From the NCBI GenBank assembly GCA_963706815.1, contig CAVPNS010000001.1:230802-294801 (forward strand): a DNA stretch of 64,000 nt, given 5' to 3'. Source of the DNA: an uncultured Gammaproteobacteria bacterium (GTDB lineage Bacteria; Pseudomonadota; Gammaproteobacteria; Steroidobacterales; Steroidobacteraceae). The position numbers were made by a program, and so were the translations under genes. The notes beneath the pieces were generated by a model. The model had not been told where the DNA came from and ran no database searches. It was given only the letters and a program-made list of their open reading frames with translations. Below, piece by piece: positions 31,857 to 46,439 of this stretch (its first letter is position 1; every line of letters starts with the position of its first letter).

Positions 31857-31922
31857 GTCCCGTCCCCAGGCTGTGATATTGTCCGCGGCATCATTGTAAG
31901 GCCAGGTGCGGTTCAGGAGCCG

Positions 31923-32663
31923 ATGTTCAGGATCACGGCGCTGCTGCTGGTGCTTGCGACGGCGCTGCCGTCGGCGGCACAGGAGGGCGGCGATCTGCAG
32001 GCGCAGATCGTCTATGCGTTCCATACCGAGGACACGAACAGGATTGCCGGCCTGGAGGCGGGCCTGCGCACGCAGCTGGACGGCGCCGGCGGCGATGCGG
32101 TGCTGCGTTATCACCTCGCGCATGCCGGGTATCGACTTGCGGAGCTGACCGCCGCGGCAAGACCCCGCGACGCGGCCCGCGCCGCCGGCCGTTGCGTGGA
32201 CGAACTGAAGCCGCTTCTCAAGGATGATCCGCGCAATGTCGAAGTGCTCGTGCTGCAGTCGGGCTGCTACGCGCAGCTGGCCGCCCTCAGTCCGATGGAA
32301 GCCCTGCTGCTGCGCAGGCTCGCCGCCGAGCGGCTCGATGAGGCGCTGCGGCTGGCGCCACGCAATCCGCGGGCAGTATTGTTCGCGGCGCAGCGCGCCC
32401 TGGCGTCCGCGGCGGCCGACGCCGGCGCGCGCGCGGCCGCGCTGGCGCAGCTGCGCCTTGCCGCCGACCTGTTCGCGCAGGCCCCGGCCACGGCCGTGGA
32501 TGCGCCCGGCTGGGGTGATGCGGAAGCCTGGCTCGCCCTCGGCCGCGAATTGCTGCGCCAGGGCGACGCGCTCGGGGCCCGCAACTGGATCGAGCGGGCG
32601 CTGATCGCGAGTCCGGATTACAAGGCGGCGCAACGCGCCCGCGCGTCACTCGCACGCCCATGA
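31923..32663 (+). CDS. Secreted helical-repeat (TPR-like) hypothetical protein
   Basis: ATG at 31923 after AGGAGC. It has a signal peptide (MFRITALLLVLATALPSAAQ) and an Ala/Leu-rich helical repeat character. No specific family was recognised. Confidence 0.55.
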   Translation: MFRITALLLVLATALPSAAQEGGDLQAQIVYAFHTEDTNRIAGLEAGLRTQLDGAGGDAVLRYHLAHAGYRLAELTAAARPRDAARAAGRCVDELKPLLKDDPRNVEVLVLQSGCYAQLAALSPMEALLLRRLAAERLDEALRLAPRNPRAVLFAAQRALASAAADAGARAAALAQLRLAADLFAQAPATAVDAPGWGDAEAWLALGRELLRQGDALGARNWIERALIASPDYKAAQRARASLARP

Positions 32664-32715
32664 ATGCCGGCGCCGGGCATCCCGTCACCGTGCCTGACGG
32701 CGGGTCGAACCTGCT

Positions 32716-33459
32716 ATGATTCGCCCCGCCATGAAGATGCCCGCGATGCAGCTTTCCCTGTTCGAGACGCGCAATTCCGGTGACCGCTTCGCGGTCCGCG
32801 TCAGTACCCGCGCGCGGCGCCTGACCGCGCGCGTGCACGTCGGCGGCCGCGTCGAGATCGTCGTTCCGCACGGCGTCGGGCCGCGCACCGTGCGCGATTT
32901 CGTGCAGCGCTTCACGCCGTGGATCGATCGCAAGGTCGCCGCCATGCGGCACGTCGCGGCGGTGACGGAACCGGTTCCAGCCGAGATCTGCTTTGCGCTG
33001 ACCGGCGAACGCTTCGCCGTGCAGTGGCAGTGCGCGGCGCGGCGCCGCCTGCGGTTGCAGGACGGCCGGTTGCTGCTCGAGGCGCCGGATCACAAAGGAG
33101 CCCGCCGGCTGCTGCGCCGCTGGCTGCGCCGGGCGGCGGCCGAGCGCCTCGCGCCGCGCCTGATGGGCCTCGCCCGGGACCTGAGGCACCGGGTGGCGAA
33201 AGTGGCGATCCGTTGCCAGCGGACGCGCTGGGGCAGCTGCTCGAGCCGCGGGACGCTGAGCCTTAACTGCTCGCTGCTGTTCCTGCGCGAGGACGTGGTG
33301 CGCTACCTGTTCGTGCACGAGCTGACGCACCTGCATCACATGAACCATTCCGCGCGGTTCTGGCGTGCGGTCGAGTTGAACGAGCCGCATTTCAAGCGCC
33401 TGGACGCCGAACTGCTCGACGGCTGGCGTACGGTGCCCGACTGGGTCTTCAGTGACTAG
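32716..33459 (+). CDS. YgjP-like metal-dependent hydrolase (DUF45 / M48-like)
   Basis: 247-aa ORF. The C-terminal HExxH context YLFVHELTHLHHMNHSARFW is typical of the YgjP/SprT-like family. Confidence 0.8.
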   Translation: MIRPAMKMPAMQLSLFETRNSGDRFAVRVSTRARRLTARVHVGGRVEIVVPHGVGPRTVRDFVQRFTPWIDRKVAAMRHVAAVTEPVPAEICFALTGERFAVQWQCAARRRLRLQDGRLLLEAPDHKGARRLLRRWLRRAAAERLAPRLMGLARDLRHRVAKVAIRCQRTRWGSCSSRGTLSLNCSLLFLREDVVRYLFVHELTHLHHMNHSARFWRAVELNEPHFKRLDAELLDGWRTVPDWVFSD

Positions 33460-33462
33460 CCG

Positions 33463-34320
33463 ATGAGCAACTCCGGCACACCCGCCGAGGGCGTCGTGGA
33501 CTTCAGCGACGAGAAGATCCATTGGGACCTGGGCCGGGAGTTTTCCTACGGCGATTACCTGCACCTGAACCAGCTGCTGGGCGCGCAGCATCCGCTCTCG
33601 GACCAGCACGACGAGATGCTGTTCATCATGATGCACCAGGTATCGGAACTGTGGATGAAGCTCGCGCTGTTCGAGCTGGGCGCGGCGCTCGCATGCATCC
33701 GGCGCGACGACCTCGGCCAGGCCTTCGGGTTCTTCACGCGCGTGGCGCACATTCAGCAGCAGCTGCTGCACTCATGGGAGGTGCTGGCGACCATCTCGCC
33801 GGCGCAGTTCGCGGCGTTCCGCGACGCGCTCGGCAAGTCCTCGGGATTCCAGTCGCGGCAATACCGGCTGCTGGAATTCATGCTCGGCAACAAGAACGCG
33901 GCGGCGATCAGGGTATTCCGCAGCGATCCGGTCGCGTACGCCGAGCTGCAGGCCGCGCTGCGGGCGCCGGGCCTGTACGACGAGTCGCTGCGCCACCTGG
34001 CCCGCCGCGGCATCGCGATCCCGTCCGAGGTCATCGAGCGCGACTTCTCGCAGCCATATGTCGCGAACCCCGGGGTCGCCGCGGCGTGGCTCGGCGTGTA
34101 CCGCGACGCCGGGACAGACCGGGATCCTTACGATCTGGCCGAGCGGCTGGTGGACCTGGATTACAGGTTCCAGCTCTGGCGCTTCGCGCACGTGAAGACC
34201 GTCGAACGCGTCATCGGCAGCCAGGGCGGCACCGGCGGCAGCGGCGGCGTCAGCTATCTCAACAAGGCGCTCGACCTGAAGTTCTTTCCGGAACTCTGGG
34301 CCATCAGAACATCCATGTAG
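33463..34320 (+). CDS. kynA: Tryptophan 2,3-dioxygenase
   Basis: 285-aa ORF. The sequences YGDYLHLNQLLGAQHPLSDQHDEMLFIMMHQVSELWMKL, SGFQSRQYRLLEF and GGTGGSGGVSYLNKALDLKFFPELW are characteristic of bacterial TDO. Confidence 0.92.
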   Translation: MSNSGTPAEGVVDFSDEKIHWDLGREFSYGDYLHLNQLLGAQHPLSDQHDEMLFIMMHQVSELWMKLALFELGAALACIRRDDLGQAFGFFTRVAHIQQQLLHSWEVLATISPAQFAAFRDALGKSSGFQSRQYRLLEFMLGNKNAAAIRVFRSDPVAYAELQAALRAPGLYDESLRHLARRGIAIPSEVIERDFSQPYVANPGVAAAWLGVYRDAGTDRDPYDLAERLVDLDYRFQLWRFAHVKTVERVIGSQGGTGGSGGVSYLNKALDLKFFPELWAIRTSM

Positions 34321-34331
34321 CAGGACGGCCA

Positions 34332-35399
34332 GTGGCTAATCTTCAAGATCAATTGCAGAACGTCAACGTCATCTCCAGCGACCTGCTGGCGACGCCCGAG
34401 GAGGTCAAGCGCCGCCTGCCCATGACGCAGAAGGCGACCAGCACCGTGCTCGGCTCGCGCGAGACCGTGCGCAATATCCTCGAGCGGCGCGATCCGCGCC
34501 TGTTCGTGATCGTGGGCCCGTGTTCCATTCACGACGTGGCCGCCGCCCGCGAATACGCGGGCCGGCTCAGGGAGCTCAGTGCGCGCGTCGAGTCCACGCT
34601 GTTCCTGGTCATGCGGGTCTATTTCGAGAAGCCGCGCACGACGATCGGCTGGAAGGGGCTGATCAACGACCCGGACATGGACGATTCGTTCCATATCGAG
34701 AAGGGGATATTCCTGGCCCGCGAGCTGCTGCTGCATGTCGCGGAGCTCGGGCTGCCGGCCGGCACCGAGGCGCTCGACCCGATCATGCCTCAATACCTGT
34801 CGGAACTGATCACATGGACCGCGATCGGCGCGCGCACCACCGAGTCGCAGACGCACCGGGAGATGGCGAGCGGCCTGTCGACCCCGGTGGGGTTCAAGAA
34901 CGGCACGGACGGGAGTCTATCGACCTCGATCAACGCGCTGCAGTCGGTGCGCCGCCCGCACCATTTTCTCGGCATCACGCAGCAGGGCCAGTCGGCCGTG
35001 TTCCGTACGCGCGGCAACCTGCATGCGCACGTGGTATTGCGCGGCGGCGGGGGTCGGGTCAACTACGACGCGGTCAGCATCGCGGTGGCCGAGCGCGAGC
35101 TGACGGCTGCCGGATTGCCGGCGACCGTGGTCGTCGACTGCAGCCACGGCAATTCGAACAAGGATCCCAACCTGCAGCCGATGGTCGCGGAGAACTGCGT
35201 GGCGCAGATCACCGACGGCAACCGCTCGATCGTCGGCCTGATGCTGGAGAGCCACCTGCGCGGCGGCAACCAGCCGATACCCAAGGATCTCGGCAAGCTC
35301 GAATACGGACTCTCGGTCACCGATCCCTGCATCGACTGGGAAACGACCGAGGCGCTTCTGCTCAGGCTCCACCAGTCCCTGCAAAGCGTGCAGCGCTGA
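34332..35399 (+). CDS. 3-deoxy-7-phosphoheptulonate (DAHP) synthase, class I (AroF/G/H type)
   Basis: GTG start at 34332 after AGGACGG, which gives an N-terminal length matching E. coli AroG. Conserved stretches are VIVGPCSIHD, MRVYFEKPRTTIGWKGLINDP, IGARTTESQTHREMASGLS and PVGFKNGTDG. The feedback specificity is not assignable. Confidence 0.9.
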   Translation: MANLQDQLQNVNVISSDLLATPEEVKRRLPMTQKATSTVLGSRETVRNILERRDPRLFVIVGPCSIHDVAAAREYAGRLRELSARVESTLFLVMRVYFEKPRTTIGWKGLINDPDMDDSFHIEKGIFLARELLLHVAELGLPAGTEALDPIMPQYLSELITWTAIGARTTESQTHREMASGLSTPVGFKNGTDGSLSTSINALQSVRRPHHFLGITQQGQSAVFRTRGNLHAHVVLRGGGGRVNYDAVSIAVAERELTAAGLPATVVVDCSHGNSNKDPNLQPMVAENCVAQITDGNRSIVGLMLESHLRGGNQPIPKDLGKLEYGLSVTDPCIDWETTEALLLRLHQSLQSVQR

Positions 35400-35400
35400 G

Positions 35401-36072
35401 TCAACGCCAATCGGCGACGTCGAGTCCCAGGCGCCGCGCCAGCCGGCGCGCGCCGCGTCCGGCATTCACGAGCACCGCCTGGTCGGCGCGCTGCAGGTGG
35501 GCGATGTCCGAAGCGCTGTTGCCGTAAGCGACGATTCGCGCCCCGGGATACTGTGCGCGCAGGATCGCCAGCTGCCGCACCTTCTCTTCGCCGCGGCAGT
35601 TGGCGGTGCGCAGCGTGCCGTCCAGGATGTCCCCACGCCAGTTGAGAAACGTGCACACCGTGCGCTCGAACCCGAGCAGCGCGCCGACGTAGGGCACGTA
35701 CAGGTCCGGGCTTGCCGACATCAGCACCAGGTTGTGCCCCGCGCGGGCGTGCGCCTGCAGAACCTCCAGCGCGGCAGGGCGGAACATGCCCGAGGAGTGC
35801 AGTGAGGCAACGAACTGCCGGGACCACAGGTCGATGCCGGCGCGTGCATCGTCCCCCAGGGCCATGCGGATCAGGCGCCCCTTGAGCACGCCGCGGTCGC
35901 CTCCGGAACGCAGATAGGCGCCGAGGACCAGTGGCAGGCGCCATAAACGCAGCAGGCGCAGCGGCCGCTGGGCAATGTAGCGAGACAGAAACGGCACCAG
36001 CGTGTCGTTCCAGGTCAGCGTCCCGTCCAGGTCGAACACTGCCACCGTCTGGATATCAACATTAATAGTCAT
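35401..36072 (-). CDS. HAD-IB family hydrolase (phosphoserine-phosphatase-like)
   Basis: The DxDGT motif is VAVFDLDGTLT. Later HAD motifs are LMSASPD and YGNSASD. I prefer the ATG at 36072 (MTINVD). The ORF track begins at the TTG at 36081. Confidence 0.8.
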   Translation of the reverse strand: MTINVDIQTVAVFDLDGTLTWNDTLVPFLSRYIAQRPLRLLRLWRLPLVLGAYLRSGGDRGVLKGRLIRMALGDDARAGIDLWSRQFVASLHSSGMFRPAALEVLQAHARAGHNLVLMSASPDLYVPYVGALLGFERTVCTFLNWRGDILDGTLRTANCRGEEKVRQLAILRAQYPGARIVAYGNSASDIAHLQRADQAVLVNAGRGARRLARRLGLDVADWR

Positions 36073-36221
36073 GTTTAACAATCAATTATAAACTTAAGTT
36101 AAAGTAAATGTTACTTCGCGGGGAATGCGGCTGGCGAAAAATTTGGATCGCGCCGGGGCTCTTTGAGCCGCGCCCGAAGTGTGTCAGGCTCGCGATCCGC
36201 CATCCACCAAGCAAGGTTGCC

Positions 36222-37598
36222 ATGAAATCACGTTTGACGACTGCTGTCCTCGGCTTATGGCTGGCCGGGTCGGCGGCGCTGCAGGCGGCGCCGGCCGCGG
36301 CTCCCGGGTTCTCGTACGTCAAGTCGCTCGACGGTATCGACGAGTACCGCCTCGAGGCGAACGGCCTGACCGTACTGCTCGCGCCGGATCATTCGGCGCC
36401 GGTGGTCACGTTCCAGGTGACCTATCGGGTCGGATCACGCAATGAAGTGACCGGTACGACCGGCTCGACGCACCTGCTCGAGCACATGATGTTCAAGGGC
36501 AGCGAGCATTTCAGCGACGCCAGGGGCAACAGCATCAAGCAATACCTGGAACGCGTCGGCGGCCAGTTCAATGCCAGCACCAGCGTCGACCGCACCAATT
36601 ACTTCGCGACGCTGGGACGCGATGACCTCGAAGGCTATATCGCGATCGAGGCGGATCGCATGCGCCGGCTGCTGCTCAAGGATACGGACCGCCAGGCGGA
36701 AATGACCGTCGTGCGCAACGAGTTCGAGCGCGGCAAGAACAATCCGGAAAACCTGCTGGTCGAGGAGGTGAGGGCGGCGGCATTCGAGGCGCTGCCGCTG
36801 CATCATCCGACGATCGGCTGGCTCAGCGACATCGAGCACGTTCCGACCGCAAAGCTGCGCGAGTTCTACGACACGTACTACTGGCCGGACAATTCGACGG
36901 TTTCCGTCGCCGGCGATATCGATCCGGCGGCTATCCTGGCGCTGATCCGCAAGTACTACGGCGCCTATGCGCACTCGCCTGCGCCGATCCCGCAGATCTA
37001 CACGGAGGAGCCGCCGCAGAGCGGGCCGCGCCGAGTCGTCGTGCGCAAGCCCGGCGAGCTCGGCACCGTGGTCATCGCGCACAAGCTGCCGAACGGCCTT
37101 GATGCGGACCAGCCGGCGATCGAGCTGCTGGATGCGGTGCTGAGCTCCGGCAAGTCATCGCGCCTGTATCATGCGCTGGTCGATTCGGGTCTGGCTCTGA
37201 CCGCGGATGCGGATACCGAGCTGTTTCGCGATGCCTCGCTGCACCTGCTGTACGCACAGCTCGCGCCCGGCGCGACCCATGAACAGGTCGAAGCCGCGCT
37301 GCTCGACGAGCTGGACAGGGTCAGGAGCGCCGGCGTCACCGACGCCGAGCTCGCGCGCGTCAAGCAGCAATACGTCGCCGCTACCGCCTACCGGCGCGAC
37401 GGCACCAGCGCGATCATCGGCGAACTCAACGAATGGATAGCCATCGGAGACTGGACTTTGTACGTGAAATTTCCCGAGCAGATCGCGACGGTAACGGCTG
37501 CCGACGTGCAGCGCGTCGCCAGGAAGTATTTCGACGCCTCGCAGAGCACGACGGGGTGGTTCGTGCCGCTCGCTGCCGACGGAGGGAAGGCCCCGTGA
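36222..37598 (+). CDS. M16-family zinc peptidase (pitrilysin-like), catalytic subunit
   Basis: ATG at 36222 with a signal peptide (MKSRLTTAVLGLWLAGSAALQA). The inverted zinc motif HxxEH is present in GSTHLLEHMMFKGS. Confidence 0.88.
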   Translation: MKSRLTTAVLGLWLAGSAALQAAPAAAPGFSYVKSLDGIDEYRLEANGLTVLLAPDHSAPVVTFQVTYRVGSRNEVTGTTGSTHLLEHMMFKGSEHFSDARGNSIKQYLERVGGQFNASTSVDRTNYFATLGRDDLEGYIAIEADRMRRLLLKDTDRQAEMTVVRNEFERGKNNPENLLVEEVRAAAFEALPLHHPTIGWLSDIEHVPTAKLREFYDTYYWPDNSTVSVAGDIDPAAILALIRKYYGAYAHSPAPIPQIYTEEPPQSGPRRVVVRKPGELGTVVIAHKLPNGLDADQPAIELLDAVLSSGKSSRLYHALVDSGLALTADADTELFRDASLHLLYAQLAPGATHEQVEAALLDELDRVRSAGVTDAELARVKQQYVAATAYRRDGTSAIIGELNEWIAIGDWTLYVKFPEQIATVTAADVQRVARKYFDASQSTTGWFVPLAADGGKAP

Positions 37599-38997
37599 AC
37601 AGAATTCGAACTGCGCTGATGATCCGCACGCTTTTCGCGCTGGGGCTGTGCGCCATGGCGCTCGCCGCGAACGCCGACATGGCGCAGCACGCCGAGCGTT
37701 CACGCACGGCGGGCATCGACCTGGTCACGTACCGCACCGACGTCAGGGACGTCGTCGACATCGTCGGCTACCTGCCGGCCGGTGACGCGATGGCCGGCGG
37801 CGGCAATGCGGCGCTGCCGACGCTGATGGGCATGATGCTGGATCGCGGCACGCGCACGCAGGACCAGTTCGCGATCGCGCGCCAGCTCGAGGAGGTCGGC
37901 GCCGAGATCTCGTTCAACGTCGGCGTCCAGACGCTGCAGTTCGAGGCGAAGTGCCTGAAGAAGGACCTGCCGCTGGTCCTGTCGCTGCTGGCGTCCGAGC
38001 TGCGCTCACCGGCCTTTCTGCCCGCGGAATTCGCGAAGGTCAAGCAGCAGTTCACCGGTGCCCTCGAGAACTCCCGCAACAGCACCGAGGCGCGCGCCCG
38101 CGAGGAGCTGCAGCGGGCGCTGTTCCCGGCCGGCCATCCGAACCGGCGCGCGACGATCGACGAACTGCTGGCCGCGGTTCGGACCGCCTCGCTGAAGGAC
38201 CTGCAGGCCTTCCATGCGAAATACTACGGTCCCGATCACCTGACGATGGTGATGGTCGGCGACGTGGCGCTGGCAACGGCCGCGGCCGAAGTGAGCAGGG
38301 ATTTTGCCGGCTGGAGCGGCGGCCAGGATTTCCTGCATGCGGATGCCGCGGCGCCCGCGCCGGCGCCGAAGGGCGTCATCGAGGTGCCGCTCGCCGAGAA
38401 GACCAGCGTCTCCGTGCTGCTCGGCCAGCGCACGCAGTTGCGTTACCGGGATCCGGACGCGCTGGCGCTGCGCGTCGGCACGGCGATCGCCGGGCACGGC
38501 TTCACGGGCCGCCTGATGGCGAACGTTCGAGACCGGCAGGGGCTCACTTACAACATCGGCGCCGGCATCGCCGACGACAATCTCGCCGACGGCATGTGGT
38601 TCATGGACGCCTCGTTCGCACCCAAGCTGCTGGAGCGGGGCATCGCCGCGAGCCGCAGTACGCTGCAGACCTGGTGGCAGGACGGCGTCACCGACAAGGA
38701 ACTGGCGGATGCCAAGCAGGGGCTCATCGGCGGCTATTACGTCGGCCTTGCGACCAACCGGGGTCTCGCCACGGCGATCGTGAATTCGCTGCAGCGCGGA
38801 TATGACCTGACCTGGCTCGATGCCTATCCGCACGCGCTGCAGGCGCTGACGCTCGCCGAAGTCAATGCGGCGATCCGCAATCACCTGAATCCGGCGACGA
38901 TGGTGATGGTCGAGGCGGGCAGCATCCCCGCGCCGGCAGCACCCGCGCCGCCGGTGGCGGCGCCGGCAGCACCGGCGCAGCAGGCGCCGGCCCCGCG

Positions 38998-39001
<4 letters not shown>
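37595..39001 (+). CDS. M16-family peptidase-like protein lacking the HxxEH motif (probable non-catalytic partner)
   Basis: The GTG at 37595 overlaps the upstream stop (GTGA). It has a signal peptide ([18 protein letters not shown]). The M16 fold is evident, but the equivalent position reads [10 protein letters not shown] with no zinc-binding histidines. Confidence 0.82.
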
Positions 39002-41719
<2,718 letters not shown>

Positions 41720-41749
41720 GAAGCCTCCGCGTTAAGCTGGCGCGTAAAG

Positions 41750-42918
<1,169 letters not shown>

Positions 42919-42976
42919 GGCCGGGATTATACGGCCCCGGGTGCGCAGGCGGCGCGGCGAATCGCGCCGGGTATTC

Positions 42977-43501
42977 CTAGACCAGCATCTGGCGCAGCTG
43001 CGACTCCTGGACGCTGGTGCTCCAGATCTCCTCGAAAAAATTCAGGTAGATCCTGGCGACCGCCGGATCGTTCATGTCCGACATGCCGTCCCAGCTGCCG
43101 GCGCGCGGCCGGTACACGATGGCGCGGTCGTCGGCAATGATGAAGGCGCCGGCGCTGCCCGAGACTTCCTCGCTCATCGAGCGCATGTCGATGCAGCTGG
43201 TCAGGCGCCGCGCCATCGCCAGGAACTTGTTCTTGTCGACGACGGCCCGGGCCGGGTCCGCGATCAGCACCCGCACCTTGGCATAGGCACGCGCGAGCAC
43301 CAGGCGCTTGACGGACTCGAGGAAGGGCTCCTCGCCGTAGATCTGCGGCTCGAGGTCATGCGTGAAAATCGACAGCACCCTGTTGGCTGAATTCGCGACC
43401 CGCAGGCTGGCATCGCGCACCTCGTCCAGCGTCGACAGAATAGTCAGAGACCCGTTCCTAGGATTGCCCCTGGCGGCGGCATCCTGCGCAGCGTCCGACA
43501 T
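42977..43501 (-). CDS. Hypothetical protein (174 aa), family not recognised
   Basis: It is an intact ORF inside an otherwise frameshift-rich block, with a non-antisense-like composition. It lies between purB and mnmA. I could not align it by eye to E. coli HflD. Confidence 0.55.
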   Translation of the reverse strand: MSDAAQDAAARGNPRNGSLTILSTLDEVRDASLRVANSANRVLSIFTHDLEPQIYGEEPFLESVKRLVLARAYAKVRVLIADPARAVVDKNKFLAMARRLTSCIDMRSMSEEVSGSAGAFIIADDRAIVYRPRAGSWDGMSDMNDPAVARIYLNFFEEIWSTSVQESQLRQMLV

Positions 43502-43534
43502 ATGTTAAAGCCTCGGTGTTAGTCCTTTAACATA
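43501..43534 (-). promoter_or_regulatory. 10-bp perfect inverted repeat abutting the start codon of 42977..43501
   Basis: TATGTTAAAG (43501-43510) and CTTTAACATA (43525-43534) are separated by a 14-nt spacer. On the mRNA strand the 3' arm ends on the A of the AUG. The only GAGG lies at the 3' end of the loop. Confidence 0.4.
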
Positions 43535-43594
43535 CTAGCCGCAGCAGCGTGACCGCCGTGTCAACTGCGTCACGTTTTGGGTTCCGGAGTTCTC

Positions 43595-44977
<1,383 letters not shown>

Positions 44978-45053
44978 CGGGGCGTATTCCCGTCCGGTGG
45001 TAGAATGCACGGATATTACCGTAATTGACGCGATCCCAGCGGAGACAGGGCAG

Positions 45054-46439
45054 ATGACGAGTTCCGGCAAACGCCCCGGGCCTGACCACGGCGGCACACG
45101 GGAAGTGCCCGCCGGGGCGCTGTGGGGGCCCGCCACCCAGCTGGCGGTCGGCAATTTCCCCTCCAGCGGACTCGTGATGCCGCGCGCGCTGCTGCGCGCG
45201 CTGGGGCTGGTAAAATATTGTGCCGCGGCGGTGAACGCCGAACTCGGCGACCTGCCGGCGGATGTCGCCGCGGCGATCCGGGCCGCGGCGCGCGCCGTTG
45301 CCGACGGCCAGTACGACGCGCATTTCCCGGTCGATGTATTCCAGACCGGTTCCGGCACCAGCACCAACATGAACGCGAACGAAGTGATCGCGACGCTGGC
45401 GAGCCGTACCCTTGGCCGCGGCGTGCACCCGAACGACGACGTCAACCGCAGCCAGAGCAGCAACGACGTGATGCCGACCGCGATCCACGTCGCGGCGGCG
45501 CTGCTGATCGAGGAACGGCTGTTGCCGTCGCTCGCGCGCCTCGGCGAGGGACTGCACGGGCGCAGCCTGGAGTTCGCGTCGGTCGTCAAGACCGGCCGGA
45601 CGCACCTGATGGACGCGATGCCGCTGACGCTCGGCCAGGAACTGGGCGGCTGGCGCGCGCAGATGCAGGCGAGCGGCTTGCGCCTGCGGTCGGTGCTGCC
45701 GCGCCTGTGCGCGCTGGCGCAGGGGGGCACCGCCGTCGGCACCGGCATCAACGCGCGACCGCAGTTCGGCGCGGCGTTTGCGCGGCACATGGCGGCCGAG
45801 ACCGGCCTGCCATTCGTGACCAGCGACAATTATTTTGCTGCCCTGTCGTGCCAGGACACGATCGTCGAGCTGTCCGGGCAGCTCAAGGTGCTCGCGGTGG
45901 GGCTGACCAAGATCGCCAACGACCTGCGCTGGATGAACAGCGGCCCGCTCGCCGGGCTCGGCGAGGTCTCGCTGCCGGCGCTGCAGCCGGGCAGCAGCAT
46001 CATGCCCGGCAAGGTCAACCCGGTCGTGCCGGAGGCCGTCACGATGCTCGCCGCCCAGGTCATCGGCAACGATGCGACCATCACGCTCGCGGGCCAGTCC
46101 GGCAATTTCCAGCTCAACGTGATGCTGCCGGTGATTGCGTACAACATGCTGCAGAGCATCGGGCTGATGTCGATCGCCTGTGAAACGCTCGACGAGCGGG
46201 TCATCCGCGGCTTCCGGGTCAACAGCGCGCGCCTTGCGGAGGCGCTGGCGCGCAATCCGATGCTGGTCACGGCGCTGAATGCGATGGTGGGCTACGACAA
46301 GGGCGCGGCGATCGCCAAGCGCGCCTATGCCGAACAGCGCCCGATCATCGACGTCGCCGCCGAAATGACCGGGATCGACCCACAGCAGCTGCGCGTGCTG
46401 CTCGATCCGTTGCGCCTGACCGAGGGCGGGATCCGGTGA
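45054..46439 (+). CDS. fumC: Class II fumarate hydratase (fumarase/aspartase superfamily)
   Basis: ATG at 45054 after GGAGACAGGG. Motifs are TGSGTSTNMNANEV, SSNDVMPTA, KTGRTHLMDAMP and the signature GSSIMPGKVNP. An aspartase assignment cannot be fully excluded by eye. Confidence 0.82.
   Translation: MTSSGKRPGPDHGGTREVPAGALWGPATQLAVGNFPSSGLVMPRALLRALGLVKYCAAAVNAELGDLPADVAAAIRAAARAVADGQYDAHFPVDVFQTGSGTSTNMNANEVIATLASRTLGRGVHPNDDVNRSQSSNDVMPTAIHVAAALLIEERLLPSLARLGEGLHGRSLEFASVVKTGRTHLMDAMPLTLGQELGGWRAQMQASGLRLRSVLPRLCALAQGGTAVGTGINARPQFGAAFARHMAAETGLPFVTSDNYFAALSCQDTIVELSGQLKVLAVGLTKIANDLRWMNSGPLAGLGEVSLPALQPGSSIMPGKVNPVVPEAVTMLAAQVIGNDATITLAGQSGNFQLNVMLPVIAYNMLQSIGLMSIACETLDERVIRGFRVNSARLAEALARNPMLVTALNAMVGYDKGAAIAKRAYAEQRPIIDVAAEMTGIDPQQLRVLLDPLRLTEGGIR

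Noticed and set aside
42977-43501. Calling the 174-aa ORF hflD on positional grounds.
   Set aside because: It has no alignable similarity to E. coli HflD by eye and is shorter. The gene order relative to purB and mnmA also differs, so it is kept as hypothetical.
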